Positions 9,058 to 18,634 of a stretch of DNA of 64,000 nt are shown here, piece after piece. The notes under the pieces were generated by a model. The model worked only from the letters and a program-made list of their open reading frames with translations. It was not told where the DNA came from and made no database searches. Source of the stretch: Acidobacteriota bacterium (GTDB lineage: Bacteria; Acidobacteriota; Terriglobia; Terriglobales; Acidobacteriaceae). The translations under genes were made by a program, and so were the position numbers. The stretch is from assembly GCA_003225535.1 (NCBI GenBank), contig QIAL01000213.1, positions 1,111 through 65,110 of the forward strand. Direction: 5' to 3'. Numbering within the stretch: position 1 is the first letter of the stretch; each line of letters starts with the position of its first letter.

Positions 9058-10278
9058 TCATTCTCCTTGTGTTGCCGGCTTGAACGGCTTGGGCTGGACA
9101 GTCGAGCCTTCCTTTGCTTTCTGTAAGCCCTCGGCAATAACCTGTTCCCCCGCCTGGACGCCATCGGTAATAACCCACATCTGACCGACACGTTCCCCAG
9201 TCTTCACGGGCCGGACGCTTGCCTTATTATCTGGACCAACCACGACTACGCTGTAGCTCCCCTGGGTTTCAACCACGGATCGCTGCGGCACCAGCAGGGC
9301 ACCCTTGGCCACGCCAGTAACGGCGCGCACGCGCCCGAACATGCCCGGGCGCAGGATCGCACCAGGATTGTCGAAGGCGCCTGCCATGCGAATCGTTCCA
9401 GTTTTCACGTCCACTTGCCGATCAGCAAGTAAAACCCAGCCTTTGTTTGGATACAAGCTTCCGTCCGAGAGGGTCAGTTCGAGTGTTCGTTTCCCGCCTG
9501 CCCGTTTCGTTCCTTCTGTCACTGCGCTGATTCGGTTCGCGAGTTTCAGATATTCCTGTTCACTGATCGCAAAGTAAGCTTTGATAGGTTGAACCTGCGA
9601 CACAGTGGTCAGAATCGTAGTCGGCCCTACCAAGTCACCAATCTGGCCTTTTGCCATGCCCGCTACGCCGTCAATCAGGGAACGCACAGTGGTGAAACTC
9701 AAATTCAACCGAGCCTGCTCGACTTGCGCTTCTGCCGCCGCTACAAGGGCCACGGCTGCTTCGTTCGCCTGGATGTCGTTATCAAGTTGGGCTTGCGGGA
9801 TCGCGCGCTCCTTGGCAAGAGGAGTATCACGTGCGACATCCAGCTTGGTTTTGCCGAGTTGCGCCTCTGCTTGTGCGAGCTGACCTTGTGTCTGTGCGAG
9901 TGCGGCCTCAAACGGACGCGGGTCGATCTCAAACAGCACCTCACCTTTGTGGACCGTGGTGCCTTCTATGTAGCTTTGCTTTGTCAAGTACCCAGTGACT
10001 TGCGGCTGAATCTGTGCATTCACGTATCCATCGAGACTCGAGATACACTCGGTATAAAGGGGGACGTCTTGTTGCGTCACCGCTGCAACTTCGACCTCCG
10101 GAGGTAGTGCTTCGGCACGCACCTTTTCCTTGCTGCAACCGACTGACGGCACCAGAAGGAGGGTCATAACCAGGGCCGCAGGGGCGAACCATTGAATGAG
10201 CACATCTTTGTGGCTGACGCAAACCATGGGTGTGCGTTGAAGCCCATACTGTCGAAACGATTGGCGTTTGGTTCGCAT
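9058..10278 (-). CDS. RND efflux periplasmic adaptor (MFP, AcrA-like) lipoprotein
   Basis: The ORF track gives 9058..10314. I prefer the ATG at 10278 (MRTKRQ...) because AGGAG lies 8 nt upstream. Lipobox SVGC. The coiled-coil hairpin and barrel-sandwich pattern of the HlyD/AcrA family are visible. Confidence 0.9.
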   Translation of the reverse strand: MRTKRQSFRQYGLQRTPMVCVSHKDVLIQWFAPAALVMTLLLVPSVGCSKEKVRAEALPPEVEVAAVTQQDVPLYTECISSLDGYVNAQIQPQVTGYLTKQSYIEGTTVHKGEVLFEIDPRPFEAALAQTQGQLAQAEAQLGKTKLDVARDTPLAKERAIPQAQLDNDIQANEAAVALVAAAEAQVEQARLNLSFTTVRSLIDGVAGMAKGQIGDLVGPTTILTTVSQVQPIKAYFAISEQEYLKLANRISAVTEGTKRAGGKRTLELTLSDGSLYPNKGWVLLADRQVDVKTGTIRMAGAFDNPGAILRPGMFGRVRAVTGVAKGALLVPQRSVVETQGSYSVVVVGPDNKASVRPVKTGERVGQMWVITDGVQAGEQVIAEGLQKAKEGSTVQPKPFKPATQGE

Positions 10279-10792
10279 GAGACACTCCTGAGGACGGCAC
10301 GAATACAACCTCAACCGGGTCCTCTCGACCTAACGTCCAGAGCAAGAATCGTGCTACCGAGAAGCACGCGCTCTCGCGCACGGTCGAAGTACAAACTCGT
10401 TGATCGAGCAAAGAGTAGAAGGCAGCACTGCGGGCAGAAACTGGCAGAAGTTACAGTTGGACTGATACATCGTCGGCGATCTGGTAGGTGAGTGACAAGA
10501 GATGTGCTACGGGCAAACGTATCTGGGCTCATTCGGAGCCTTTGTCCGTCGCTCAACGCGGCGGCCCTCCAGCGCGCACAGCATCGCGGATCAAGTACCA
10601 GAACTTGCATCAGGCATTCGGCGTTCAACGTTGCTTGAGGAATAGCCGATGCGATCGCAGGATGATAAGTATCCCCTCGAAGAATCGTAGCCACAGACTT
10701 GTTGTTCAAGGGGCAACGGCTAGCGATAAATGGCAGAGCCCCTTCACGCGCTGCTAGCAGACACAAGCGAGCCAAGGCACTAGATTTGTTTC

Positions 10793-11263
10793 ATGGCGTG
10801 CGTGAATGCAGTTGAGTGGGATGCTCGTGAAGCCGAACCGAAGGACCGCCGCAGTGCGCGCGGCCGCACTATTCCCCGTATCCTCCTGGCGGATGATCAG
10901 AAAGAGTTCCGCCAAACGGTTGCCTCAATGCTCGAGGACGAATTTGAGATTGTGGGCTTGGCGGAAAACGGAAAGCAGGTTCTCGACCTTGTGATCGACC
11001 GACCTCCCGATGTGCTGATCCTTGACATCTTCATGCCAGTGTTGAATGGAATTGAGACCGCAGCATGTCTGAAGGCATCTGGGTGCCCTGCCAAGGTGCT
11101 CTTTGTTTCCGTCCACGAAGACCCCGATTTTGTCGATTCGGCCATGTCCGTTGGTGCGCTCGGTTATGTGTCGAAGGCGCATCTGGCCACCGACCTGATT
11201 CCTGGCATCCACACGGTGATGGAAAACCACATCTATATCTCCCCGAGTCTCCTTTCGGCTTAG
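10793..11263 (+). CDS. REC-only response regulator (NarL-type receiver without HTH)
   Basis: Receiver-domain motifs are present (ILLADDQ, DVLILDIFMPVLNG, KVLFVSVH, GALGYVSK). The protein stops at ...HIYISPSLLSA, exactly where the two full-length NarL paralogs in this window continue into the linker and HTH. Confidence 0.8.
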   Translation: MACVNAVEWDAREAEPKDRRSARGRTIPRILLADDQKEFRQTVASMLEDEFEIVGLAENGKQVLDLVIDRPPDVLILDIFMPVLNGIETAACLKASGCPAKVLFVSVHEDPDFVDSAMSVGALGYVSKAHLATDLIPGIHTVMENHIYISPSLLSA

Positions 11264-11455
11264 CCTTGTTTTTTCTTGGCCGACGCTGCCCCAGCGTCTC
11301 CAAACAGGTGTTTCTTCCGACGAAGGATGACGGCAGCTTGTAGACACCCATACCCAAAAAATGAGGTCTGGATAACTGGCATTCCCTACAGTTATATTGT
11401 GGTGCTGATTCCACTAGGTTTAATTTCAGAGTAGTACAAGCACAATCGCTGCAGG

Positions 11456-12142
11456 ATGCTCCACGCGGGGCTGGCACGGCTGTGCGATGTAACGCGCATG
11501 GAAAATCGTCACAGATCTCGCCTGCTGATTGCAGATGACCACACGCTATTGGCAGAGGCCTGCAAGAGTCTACTGGAGCCGGAGTTCCAGGTAGTCGGAG
11601 TTGTCAACAACGGACGAGAACTGCTGCGCCGGGCGGAAGAGTTGAAGCCAGACGTCGTAATTCTGGACATCGCCATGCCCCAGTTGAACGGGCTTGACGC
11701 GGGTGACCAACTCAGGCGCTCGCTGCCGTCATGCAAGTTAGTGTTTGTGACAATGAACACGGAACCCGATGTGGCTGCCGAAGCATTTCGTCGCGGAGCG
11801 TCAGCGTACGTCGTGAAGAGTTCGACCGCTGGAGAACTGGTGACCGCCGTCCGGCGTGCACTTCGGTCGGAGTCGTATTTGTCTCCGTCGATCACCAAGG
11901 AGACTGTCGACTTTCTTCTACGGCAGGGGACATCATTCGCAGAAGAGAAAAGGCTCACACCGCGACAGAGTGAGATCCTGCAGCTTCTTGCAGAAGGCAT
12001 GTCGATGAAGGAAATTGCGAATGTCTTAAACCTCAAGCCCGGAACCGTGGCGTTCCACAAATACAATCTAATGCAGTCTATTGGGGTTAAAAGCAATGCC
12101 GGATTGCTCCGGTATGCTATTAAGCATCACTTGATCGGCTGA
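11456..12142 (+). CDS. NarL/FixJ (LuxR-type HTH) response regulator
   Basis: REC domain plus C-terminal LuxR HTH (LTPRQSEILQLLAEGMSMKEIANVLNLKPGTVAFHKYNLMQSIG). An alternative start at 11498 (MENRHRS...) is possible. Confidence 0.9.
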   Translation: MLHAGLARLCDVTRMENRHRSRLLIADDHTLLAEACKSLLEPEFQVVGVVNNGRELLRRAEELKPDVVILDIAMPQLNGLDAGDQLRRSLPSCKLVFVTMNTEPDVAAEAFRRGASAYVVKSSTAGELVTAVRRALRSESYLSPSITKETVDFLLRQGTSFAEEKRLTPRQSEILQLLAEGMSMKEIANVLNLKPGTVAFHKYNLMQSIGVKSNAGLLRYAIKHHLIG

Positions 12143-12289
12143 AATAGCTTGGCCCTAATGCCTGTTCTTCTTCCGCCGAACGCGTCTGCTGCCAGATTAA
12201 GAGTTTTTCGTTTTTGAACGCGCTTCGGACTAGCAGATTTGACAGTCCGCTCCTGGCCATCCCGCGTCGTAAACTTCACATCGTAACGC

Positions 12290-14110
12290 GTGCAGTGTCA
12301 CATGACATTCGTCTCGAGAATTCTAGTGCTGTCACAGCAAGTCCTGTCCCAGGAGTCGTTGGCGGCGCAACTGCGAAGGGGTTTGCGGCGCATAGGAAGA
12401 GCCAGAGCAGCTTGTGCCCTCCTGAGTATCTTCATTGTCACATGCGCGGCAGGTTCCGACGACGGAAAGGAAAAGAGTTCGGTAGAAGGCGCAAGTGCTG
12501 CGATCGAGAATACCGGGACACCGGTGGAAGTCGATGGAAGACCAATCCTATTAGTATATGCACCGATTGGAGGGTTCACTCCGCAAGAACGGGCCGAGGC
12601 TATTGGGCAACGAATCATCTCTCTAGGTAAGAACAGGATCATTCAGGTCGAATCGATTCATGCAGAAGATCGAGGGACCTGGACCGAGATTCTCGCTGGC
12701 AAAGATCGTATTATGGGCATCACCCAGGCCGACGCGATGGGAGCGGAGCGGGCACGAGCAGATCTCGCAGCTGAGTACGCAGAAATTATTCGGCAAGTAG
12801 TGGTCCAGTACCGGGTGGATCACACACTAAGGCACTTGATCTGGGGAACGATGTACGCGATCTTGGCAACCGCCGCGTGTCTGGCTCTGATCGTTGGACT
12901 CTTTTGGTTTCGCAAGAGGTTCCGGAAGCGACTCGAGGCGAGGCTCATTCAGGGAGGGCCAGCCCAGATCAAAGGAGTGCGAATCGGACACTATCTTGGA
13001 CCCCCATTGCTAATGATTATTCACGCGGCGTTCTGGATTGTGCTCTTGGCCATGCTCCAGGCCTACGGTACGGTAGTCCTTCGCTTCTTCCCGTCGACGA
13101 AATACACGTCTTCCCAAGTCACCAACTGGCTCTTCTCGGAGTTGGCGGCTCTGGGGAAGAACGTGATTGCTTACACGCCGAATCTGATCCTCCTCGCCTT
13201 TGTCTGCCTGATCACGTCGTATCTCATGAAAGTGAACCAGTATTTCTTTGGGGAACTGCGGGACGGAAAGATCAGCATCCGCGGGTTTTATCCCGATTGG
13301 GCGGAACCCACGGCAAACCTGGTCAGAACTTTAATCCTGGTGGCGTCTGTGATTATTGCGTTCCCCTACTTGCCCGGATCGCAGAGTCCCGCATTCAAGA
13401 GCATTTCGGTATTCATTGGCGTTCTCTTGTCACTCGGTTCGACCTCGGCCGTCGCCCACGGAGTTGCAGGGACAATTCTTACGTACATGCGTGCTTTTCA
13501 GGTCGGCGATTTCGTTCGTATAGGGAGTGATGTCGGAGAAGTGATTGAGAAGACCTTACTCGTGACGCGCATATGCACGCAAAAAAACGAAGTCGTCACA
13601 ATACCCAACGGCACCGTGCTCGGTGGCGTCGTTGTGAACTATAGTGCGGAGGCGCGAAAACTTGGGGTGATTTTCCATACGGTCGCGACAATTGGTTACA
13701 GTGCTCCGTGGCGACAAGTTCACGACTTGCTGATTTCTGCCGCTCTTGCGACTCGGGATGTCTTACATGACCCTCCGCCGTTCGTTCTGCAAACTGCACT
13801 GAACGATTTTTATGTCTCCTATGAACTCAATGCCTATACAGCAAAACCGCGAAACATGCTGAATATCTATTCTGATTTGCACCAAAACATACAGGACAAA
13901 TTCAACGAAGCTGGGGTAGAAATAAATTCACCGCATTACGCCTCTCTGCGGGATGGGAATGAGACCACGATTCCGCAGAGCTATCTTTCTAGAGAGTACA
14001 GACGCCCGGCTTTTGAGGTTCGCCAGGTCGACCGCTCATCAACCCCTGTTTCAAGTGATGCGGAAGGGAAGAAGGTCGACAGCGCGGTTCAAGATTATGA
14101 AGCTGTCTGA
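12290..14110 (+). CDS. mechanosensitive ion channel (MscS family) protein
   Basis: 606-aa ORF with several TM helices followed by the MscS pore and beta-domain block (FQVGDFVRIGSDVGEVIEKTLLVTRICTQKNEVVTIPNGTVLGGVVVNYS). Confidence 0.85.
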   Translation: MQCHMTFVSRILVLSQQVLSQESLAAQLRRGLRRIGRARAACALLSIFIVTCAAGSDDGKEKSSVEGASAAIENTGTPVEVDGRPILLVYAPIGGFTPQERAEAIGQRIISLGKNRIIQVESIHAEDRGTWTEILAGKDRIMGITQADAMGAERARADLAAEYAEIIRQVVVQYRVDHTLRHLIWGTMYAILATAACLALIVGLFWFRKRFRKRLEARLIQGGPAQIKGVRIGHYLGPPLLMIIHAAFWIVLLAMLQAYGTVVLRFFPSTKYTSSQVTNWLFSELAALGKNVIAYTPNLILLAFVCLITSYLMKVNQYFFGELRDGKISIRGFYPDWAEPTANLVRTLILVASVIIAFPYLPGSQSPAFKSISVFIGVLLSLGSTSAVAHGVAGTILTYMRAFQVGDFVRIGSDVGEVIEKTLLVTRICTQKNEVVTIPNGTVLGGVVVNYSAEARKLGVIFHTVATIGYSAPWRQVHDLLISAALATRDVLHDPPPFVLQTALNDFYVSYELNAYTAKPRNMLNIYSDLHQNIQDKFNEAGVEINSPHYASLRDGNETTIPQSYLSREYRRPAFEVRQVDRSSTPVSSDAEGKKVDSAVQDYEAV

Positions 14111-14500
14111 TATTGGGGTCTGTCTAACTCACCTGCCTTCAAACTGTGACCATTGACAGTGGGCATGGTCATTCTTCGAATGTAACATCACATCGACACG
14201 CGGCAGCAAGTCATTGGAGTGCGGCATGGGCGGCGACACCAGAACGACTGGATTGCGACGCATTCTGCACCTGGTTTGGGAAATCATCTTCCCTTACGAA
14301 ATTCGTTGGGGAACGGAGGAGGAAGCACCTACACCTCACGTGACAGCACACGACTTCTCGAATCAGAAAATAGGTGCATCCACTAAGTCTCCGCCGACCT
14401 AGCCCTAAAAAACAGCGCAGCAACTGGACACTATTCTGACGAGTCTGTTCCGCACTCCTCAGATTCTCGGCGCTAGGAGCCAACGCTTGGAGGGCGGGCA

Positions 14501-14668
14501 ATGAGAATCGCCAAAGCTATTTGCGCGATGGCCGTATTTGTCGGTGTAGCACTTACCAGCACCGGAATCGTTGAATTCTTCAGTGCAAGGCAGACGGCGA
14601 TGCCGATGGTTGCGTTAATAACGGTGTCGCGGTTCGGCGTGTGCTTGCTGGAATCGCTTGGTTGTTAA
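14501..14668 (+). CDS. hypothetical small membrane protein (55 aa), not in ORF track
   Basis: Hand-translated: MRIAKAICAMAVFVGVALTSTGIVEFFSARQTAMPMVALITVSRFGVCLLESLGC. GGAGG lies 7 nt upstream of the ATG. Two hydrophobic segments. The 3' end overlaps the tail of the convergent crp-like ORF. Confidence 0.35.
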   Translation: MRIAKAICAMAVFVGVALTSTGIVEFFSARQTAMPMVALITVSRFGVCLLESLGC

Positions 14669-15541
14669 TAGATATCCCCGAGCACTTGGCAAAGATCGTC
14701 GCATTTCCACGCGATCCGGATATGCGCCGGAACACGCAGAGTTCATCCCGAGAGGAACCCGCCCTCCAGAGTCGTTTCTGAATAGTCGTTCCGGACGGCA
14801 CAGCACAAGCTTTCCGCGGCTCTTTTGGATTGAGCCATTGCGTTGCCACTCGCTAAGCAGCCGGCTGACGGTAAAGGGAGTTATGTTTGCTGTATTGGCC
14901 AATTGCTCGTTGGTGATTTCGAGCCCGATTCCGTGCGGAACGCTCTGACCGATTCCGCGAGACAAGCCAATGAGCACATGAGCAAGTCGTTCGCGTGCGC
15001 TGTGACAAACAAGGCTTAGGTGAGTCGCAAGGTACCAGACAAGGTAGTCACATGCAATGGACAATCCGTTTTCCAGTAAGCGGGGGTATCGCCTGGCGAA
15101 TCCCCGAATTGTGTCGCGTTCCCACACAAGCACTTCGCTATTTGTAGTGACCTCAGTGCTTACAATGAACGGAGCAGGATCGGACAGTAGACAGGCACCG
15201 CCGAATATGTGGCCGCGTACGAGGCAGAATAGATTTACTTTTCGTCCCTCGGGCGTGATGAAGAAGTGTCGAGCATAGCCTTTCCGCAAAAGGAACAATC
15301 TATCCGCAGAGTCGCCTTGCTCTACGACGACCGAGTTCCTCCGATACGTGTGGCGCTGAGCAGACTGCAGGACAGCATACCTCCCGGCACTTGATAGTCC
15401 GTCCAAGAACCGCGCGTTATGCAGAACGGGATCTGAGCGATCCGTAGGGGGGATTCCCGGATGGTTAGACGAAAAGTCATGTGGCGGCCGGAGCGATGCT
15501 CCCGACTCCGATTCTGCGTCCGAATCTACTGCACGGTCCAC
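14615..15541 (-). CDS. Crp/Fnr-family transcriptional regulator
   Basis: cNMP-binding-like beta-roll (VVVEQGDSADRLFLLRKGYARHFFITPEGRKVNLF) plus C-terminal HTH (ITNEQLANTANITPFTVSRLLSEWQRNGSI). There is no N-terminal Fnr-type Cys cluster. The tail after the HTH is unusually long, about 60 aa. Confidence 0.85.
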   Translation of the reverse strand: MDRAVDSDAESESGASLRPPHDFSSNHPGIPPTDRSDPVLHNARFLDGLSSAGRYAVLQSAQRHTYRRNSVVVEQGDSADRLFLLRKGYARHFFITPEGRKVNLFCLVRGHIFGGACLLSDPAPFIVSTEVTTNSEVLVWERDTIRGFARRYPRLLENGLSIACDYLVWYLATHLSLVCHSARERLAHVLIGLSRGIGQSVPHGIGLEITNEQLANTANITPFTVSRLLSEWQRNGSIQKSRGKLVLCRPERLFRNDSGGRVPLGMNSACSGAYPDRVEMRRSLPSARGYLLTTKRFQQAHAEPRHRY

Positions 15542-15568
15542 TTGCTCTCCTCCAAACTCACAACACGA

Positions 15569-16414
15569 TCAGTAAGCATTAAGTCCTTGCGAACGAAACT
15601 GTTCACGCGCCATCGCGATGATCTCAGGAGGTGGTGGCTGAACTCCCTGCAACTTGTAGTTCAGCTTTAGCTCCTTCCACTTGAATTCGCCCAGTTGATG
15701 GAACGGGAGAATATCGACTCGTTCAACGTTGCCGAGTTCAGCGGCGAATTTTGCCAGGGGGGCGATGTCCAGAGGGTTGTCGGTGAGATCGGGTACGAGC
15801 ACGTAGCGCAGCCAAACCGGCTTGTGACGGGAAGCCAAACGGCGTGCGAAGTCGAGCACAGGACGAACTTCCATTCGAGTAAGGCGCTCGTGCACTTCAG
15901 GGTTCCAGCACTTGATGTCAAGCAGCACGAGACTGATGGTGTCCAACTCCGCATCGCTCAGGCGGTTGCCCAGGCTGCCGTTTGTGTCTAAAGCCGTATG
16001 AATACCCATTGTGCGAGCGGCCGCGAACAACTTCACGGCGAAACGGTCCTGCATAAGGGGCTCGCCACCGCTCAAGGTGAAGCCCCCGGACATTACCTTC
16101 AACCCATGTCGATATTTGCGTAACTCTTCCGTCGCTCTTTCGAGCGTCACTGGGATCCCGTGGTCCAGATTCCAGGTGTCGGGGTTGTGGCAGTAAAGAC
16201 AGCGAAACTGGCAACCGGTTGTCCAAGCGACGACTCGAACGCCGGGGCCGTCGACGGCCGAACCAGTTGTGAATGAATGCAGGAACCCCATCTCTCCAGT
16301 AGCGAGTGCCTCACGCACATCGGACTCGGGAACCGTTTGTCCCCAATTGCCGCGGAGTTCAAACGGGCTTTCGGCGTGAAGCGGCGGATACTGCAATGGC
16401 TTCGTGGCATTCAT
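15569..16414 (-). CDS. pflA: pyruvate formate-lyase activating enzyme (radical SAM)
   Basis: 281-aa ORF with the CQFRCLYCHNPDTW radical-SAM CX3CX2C motif characteristic of PFL-AE. It lies 5 nt downstream of pflB. Confidence 0.9.
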   Translation of the reverse strand: MNATKPLQYPPLHAESPFELRGNWGQTVPESDVREALATGEMGFLHSFTTGSAVDGPGVRVVAWTTGCQFRCLYCHNPDTWNLDHGIPVTLERATEELRKYRHGLKVMSGGFTLSGGEPLMQDRFAVKLFAAARTMGIHTALDTNGSLGNRLSDAELDTISLVLLDIKCWNPEVHERLTRMEVRPVLDFARRLASRHKPVWLRYVLVPDLTDNPLDIAPLAKFAAELGNVERVDILPFHQLGEFKWKELKLNYKLQGVQPPPPEIIAMAREQFRSQGLNAY

Positions 16415-16419
16415 GATGT

Positions 16420-18625
16420 TCAGTTTCCGTGGAAGGTGCGATTAATGACGTCCATTTGCTGTTCACGGGTAAGGCGCACGAAGTTCACCGCATATCCCGA
16501 GACGCGGATTGTAAGTTGCGGGTATTTCTCCGGGTGATCCATCGCGTCCAGCAGCGTCTCGCGATTAAGCACATTCACATTGATGTGATACCCAGTCACG
16601 CCAAAGAAGGCGTCGAGCATGCCTCGTAAATTAGTGATGCGATCCTCCAGAACTCTTCCAAGGCTTTCGGGTATCAACGTGGAGGTGAGCGAGATCCCAT
16701 CGGCGGCATCGCGATAGGGGATCTTGGCGACTGATGCGGCGGAGGCGTGAATGCCGTGCTTGTCCCGCCCGTGCATCGGATTCGCGCCTGGTGCGAAGGG
16801 TTCCCCCTTCCTACGCCCGTCAGGAGTGTTGCCCGTGTTCTTGCCGTAAACCACGTTTGATGTGATCGTCAGAACTGATTGGGTGTGCAGAGCATGTCGA
16901 TATGTTGGGTATTTTCGTAGCTTGTTCATGAAGGTAGTGACGACCCAAGAAGCAAGCTGATCAACTTTATTGTCGTTATTGCCGAATTGAGGGAATTCAC
17001 CGGTCGTCTGATAGTCGGTGATGAGGCCATTGTCGTTGCGCACCACTCTGACCTTTGCGTAGCGGATGGCCGACAGGCTGTCGGCGATGACCGACATCCC
17101 AGCCATTCCGAAAGCCATGGTGCGCATCGGCGCGTAGTCGTGAAGCGCCATTTCGAGGCGTTCGTATGCATATTTGTCATGCATATAATGGATGATATTC
17201 ATGGCATTGACGTAGACACCGGCCAGCCAGTCCATCATCTTCTCGAACTTGCCGATCACGTCATCGAAGTCGAGGAACTCGCCACGAACAGCACCGATCG
17301 CGGGCCCGACCTGTTCACCTGTAAGTTCGTCTCGCCCACCGTTAATCGCATAGAGGAGGCATTTGGCCAGGTTGGCTCGGGCGCCGAAGAACTGCATCTG
17401 TTTTCCCACCAGCATCGGAGAAACACAGCAGGCAATGGCGCCATCGTCGCCCCATTCGCGGCGCATGATCTCGTCGCTCTCAAATTGAATCGAACTGGTC
17501 TCGATTGCTACCTTCGCAGCAAAGCTGCGAAATCCATCAGGCAGCCTCGGCGAATACCAGATTGTCAGATTGGGCTCAGGTGCGGGACCGAGGTTGTACA
17601 GAGTATGAAGGAATCGGTAACTCGTTTTCGTCACTAGTGCTCTTCCATCGTCGCCCATTCCTCCGATCGACTCTGTGACCCAGGTCGGGTCCCCGGCGAA
17701 TAAGTCGTCATATTCCGGTGTGCGTAGAAATCGGACGATTCGTAATTTAATGACGAAGTCGTCAACGATTTCCTGTGCCTGTTCCTCAGTCAAGATCCCT
17801 GCGGCTAGATCGCGCTCGAAGTAGACGTCGAGGAAAGTAGAAGTTCTGCCGAGCGACATGGCGGCTCCGTTTTGCTCCTTTACCGCCGCCAGATAGCCGA
17901 AGTAAAGCCATTGCACAGCCTCGCGGGCATTACGAGCCGGCCCCGAGATGTCAAAGCCGTAGCTCGTTGCCATCTGTTGCAATTCAGTCGAGGCTCTGCC
18001 TTTCCTGCTGCTTCCGATCAATCAGGCGCTTGACTCCGTAGAGAGCGACCCTGCGGTAGTCGCCGATAATGCGGCCCCGGCCGTATGCATCGGGGAGTCC
18101 GGTGAGGATGTGAGAGCTGCGGCACCGTCGTACGTCTGCCGTATAGGCATCGAATACGGCCTCGTTGTGAGTCTTGCGGTACTTCGTAAACGTGTCGACT
18201 ACGTGCGGATCAGGCTCGTAACCATAGGTCTTGAGAGCATTCACGATCATGCGAAAGCCGCCATTGGGCATGATGGCGCGCTTGAGGGGAGCTTCGGTTT
18301 GAAGCCCGAGAATAATCTCATTCTCTTTGTCGATGTATCCAGGCCCGTGCGCCGTGATGGAGCTAGGGATCTGTGAGATATCGAGCACTCCCTTTTTCCG
18401 TTCTTTCAGGAAGAGTTCGTTCAGCTTACCCCATAGCCCTTTGGTCCGCTCGGTGGCAGCCGCAAGAAAAGACTCATCCCCGTCGTAGGGCTTGTAGTTC
18501 TGTTGAATGAAGTCCCGAACGTTGATCTCAGTTTGCCAGAGACCCGTTTCGAATCCGGTCCAAGGAGAGGTCGCCTGTTCAGAAATTGTCGAGTCGATGA
18601 AGGCAGTCGCCATTATAGTTCTCAA
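16420..18625 (-). pseudogene. pflB: pyruvate formate-lyase (formate C-acetyltransferase), interrupted by a frameshift
   Basis: Two ORFs overlap in different frames. ORF 17984..18625 (213 aa) is the PFL N-terminus and ends ...[21 protein letters not shown] 16420..18021 (533 aa) is the remainder from ...[16 protein letters not shown]. It includes the ACCVSP active-site Cys pair and the RVSGYAV glycyl-radical motif. Confidence 0.85.
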
Positions 18626-18634
18626 TTCTGACCG

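Noticed and set aside
7972-9126. 384-aa plus-strand ORF
   Set aside because: It lies entirely antisense within the well-supported RND permease gene. Its Arg/Gly/His-rich composition is typical of a GC-rich shadow frame.
10311-10775. 154-aa minus-strand ORF filling the divergent intergenic region between the efflux operon and the response regulator
   Set aside because: It has no SD and no family resemblance, and its composition is Arg/Cys/Ser-rich. It overlaps the likely promoter region and the discarded upstream part of the MFP ORF. I treat it as non-coding. I also found no TetR-like remnant here.
11282-11299. GACGCTG-CCC-CAGCGTC hairpin after the REC-only gene, as a terminator
   Set aside because: The T-run precedes rather than follows the stem on the coding strand, and the loop is only 3-4 nt. 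This is not a convincing intrinsic terminator.
14615-15541. Oxygen-sensing Fnr identity for the regulator ending the pfl cluster (and for 33518..34225)
   Set aside because: Neither protein has the N-terminal Cys cluster needed for a 4Fe-4S Fnr sensor. I call them only Crp/Fnr-family.
16987-17637. 216-aa plus-strand ORF
   Set aside because: It is a shadow frame inside pflB. No family resemblance.
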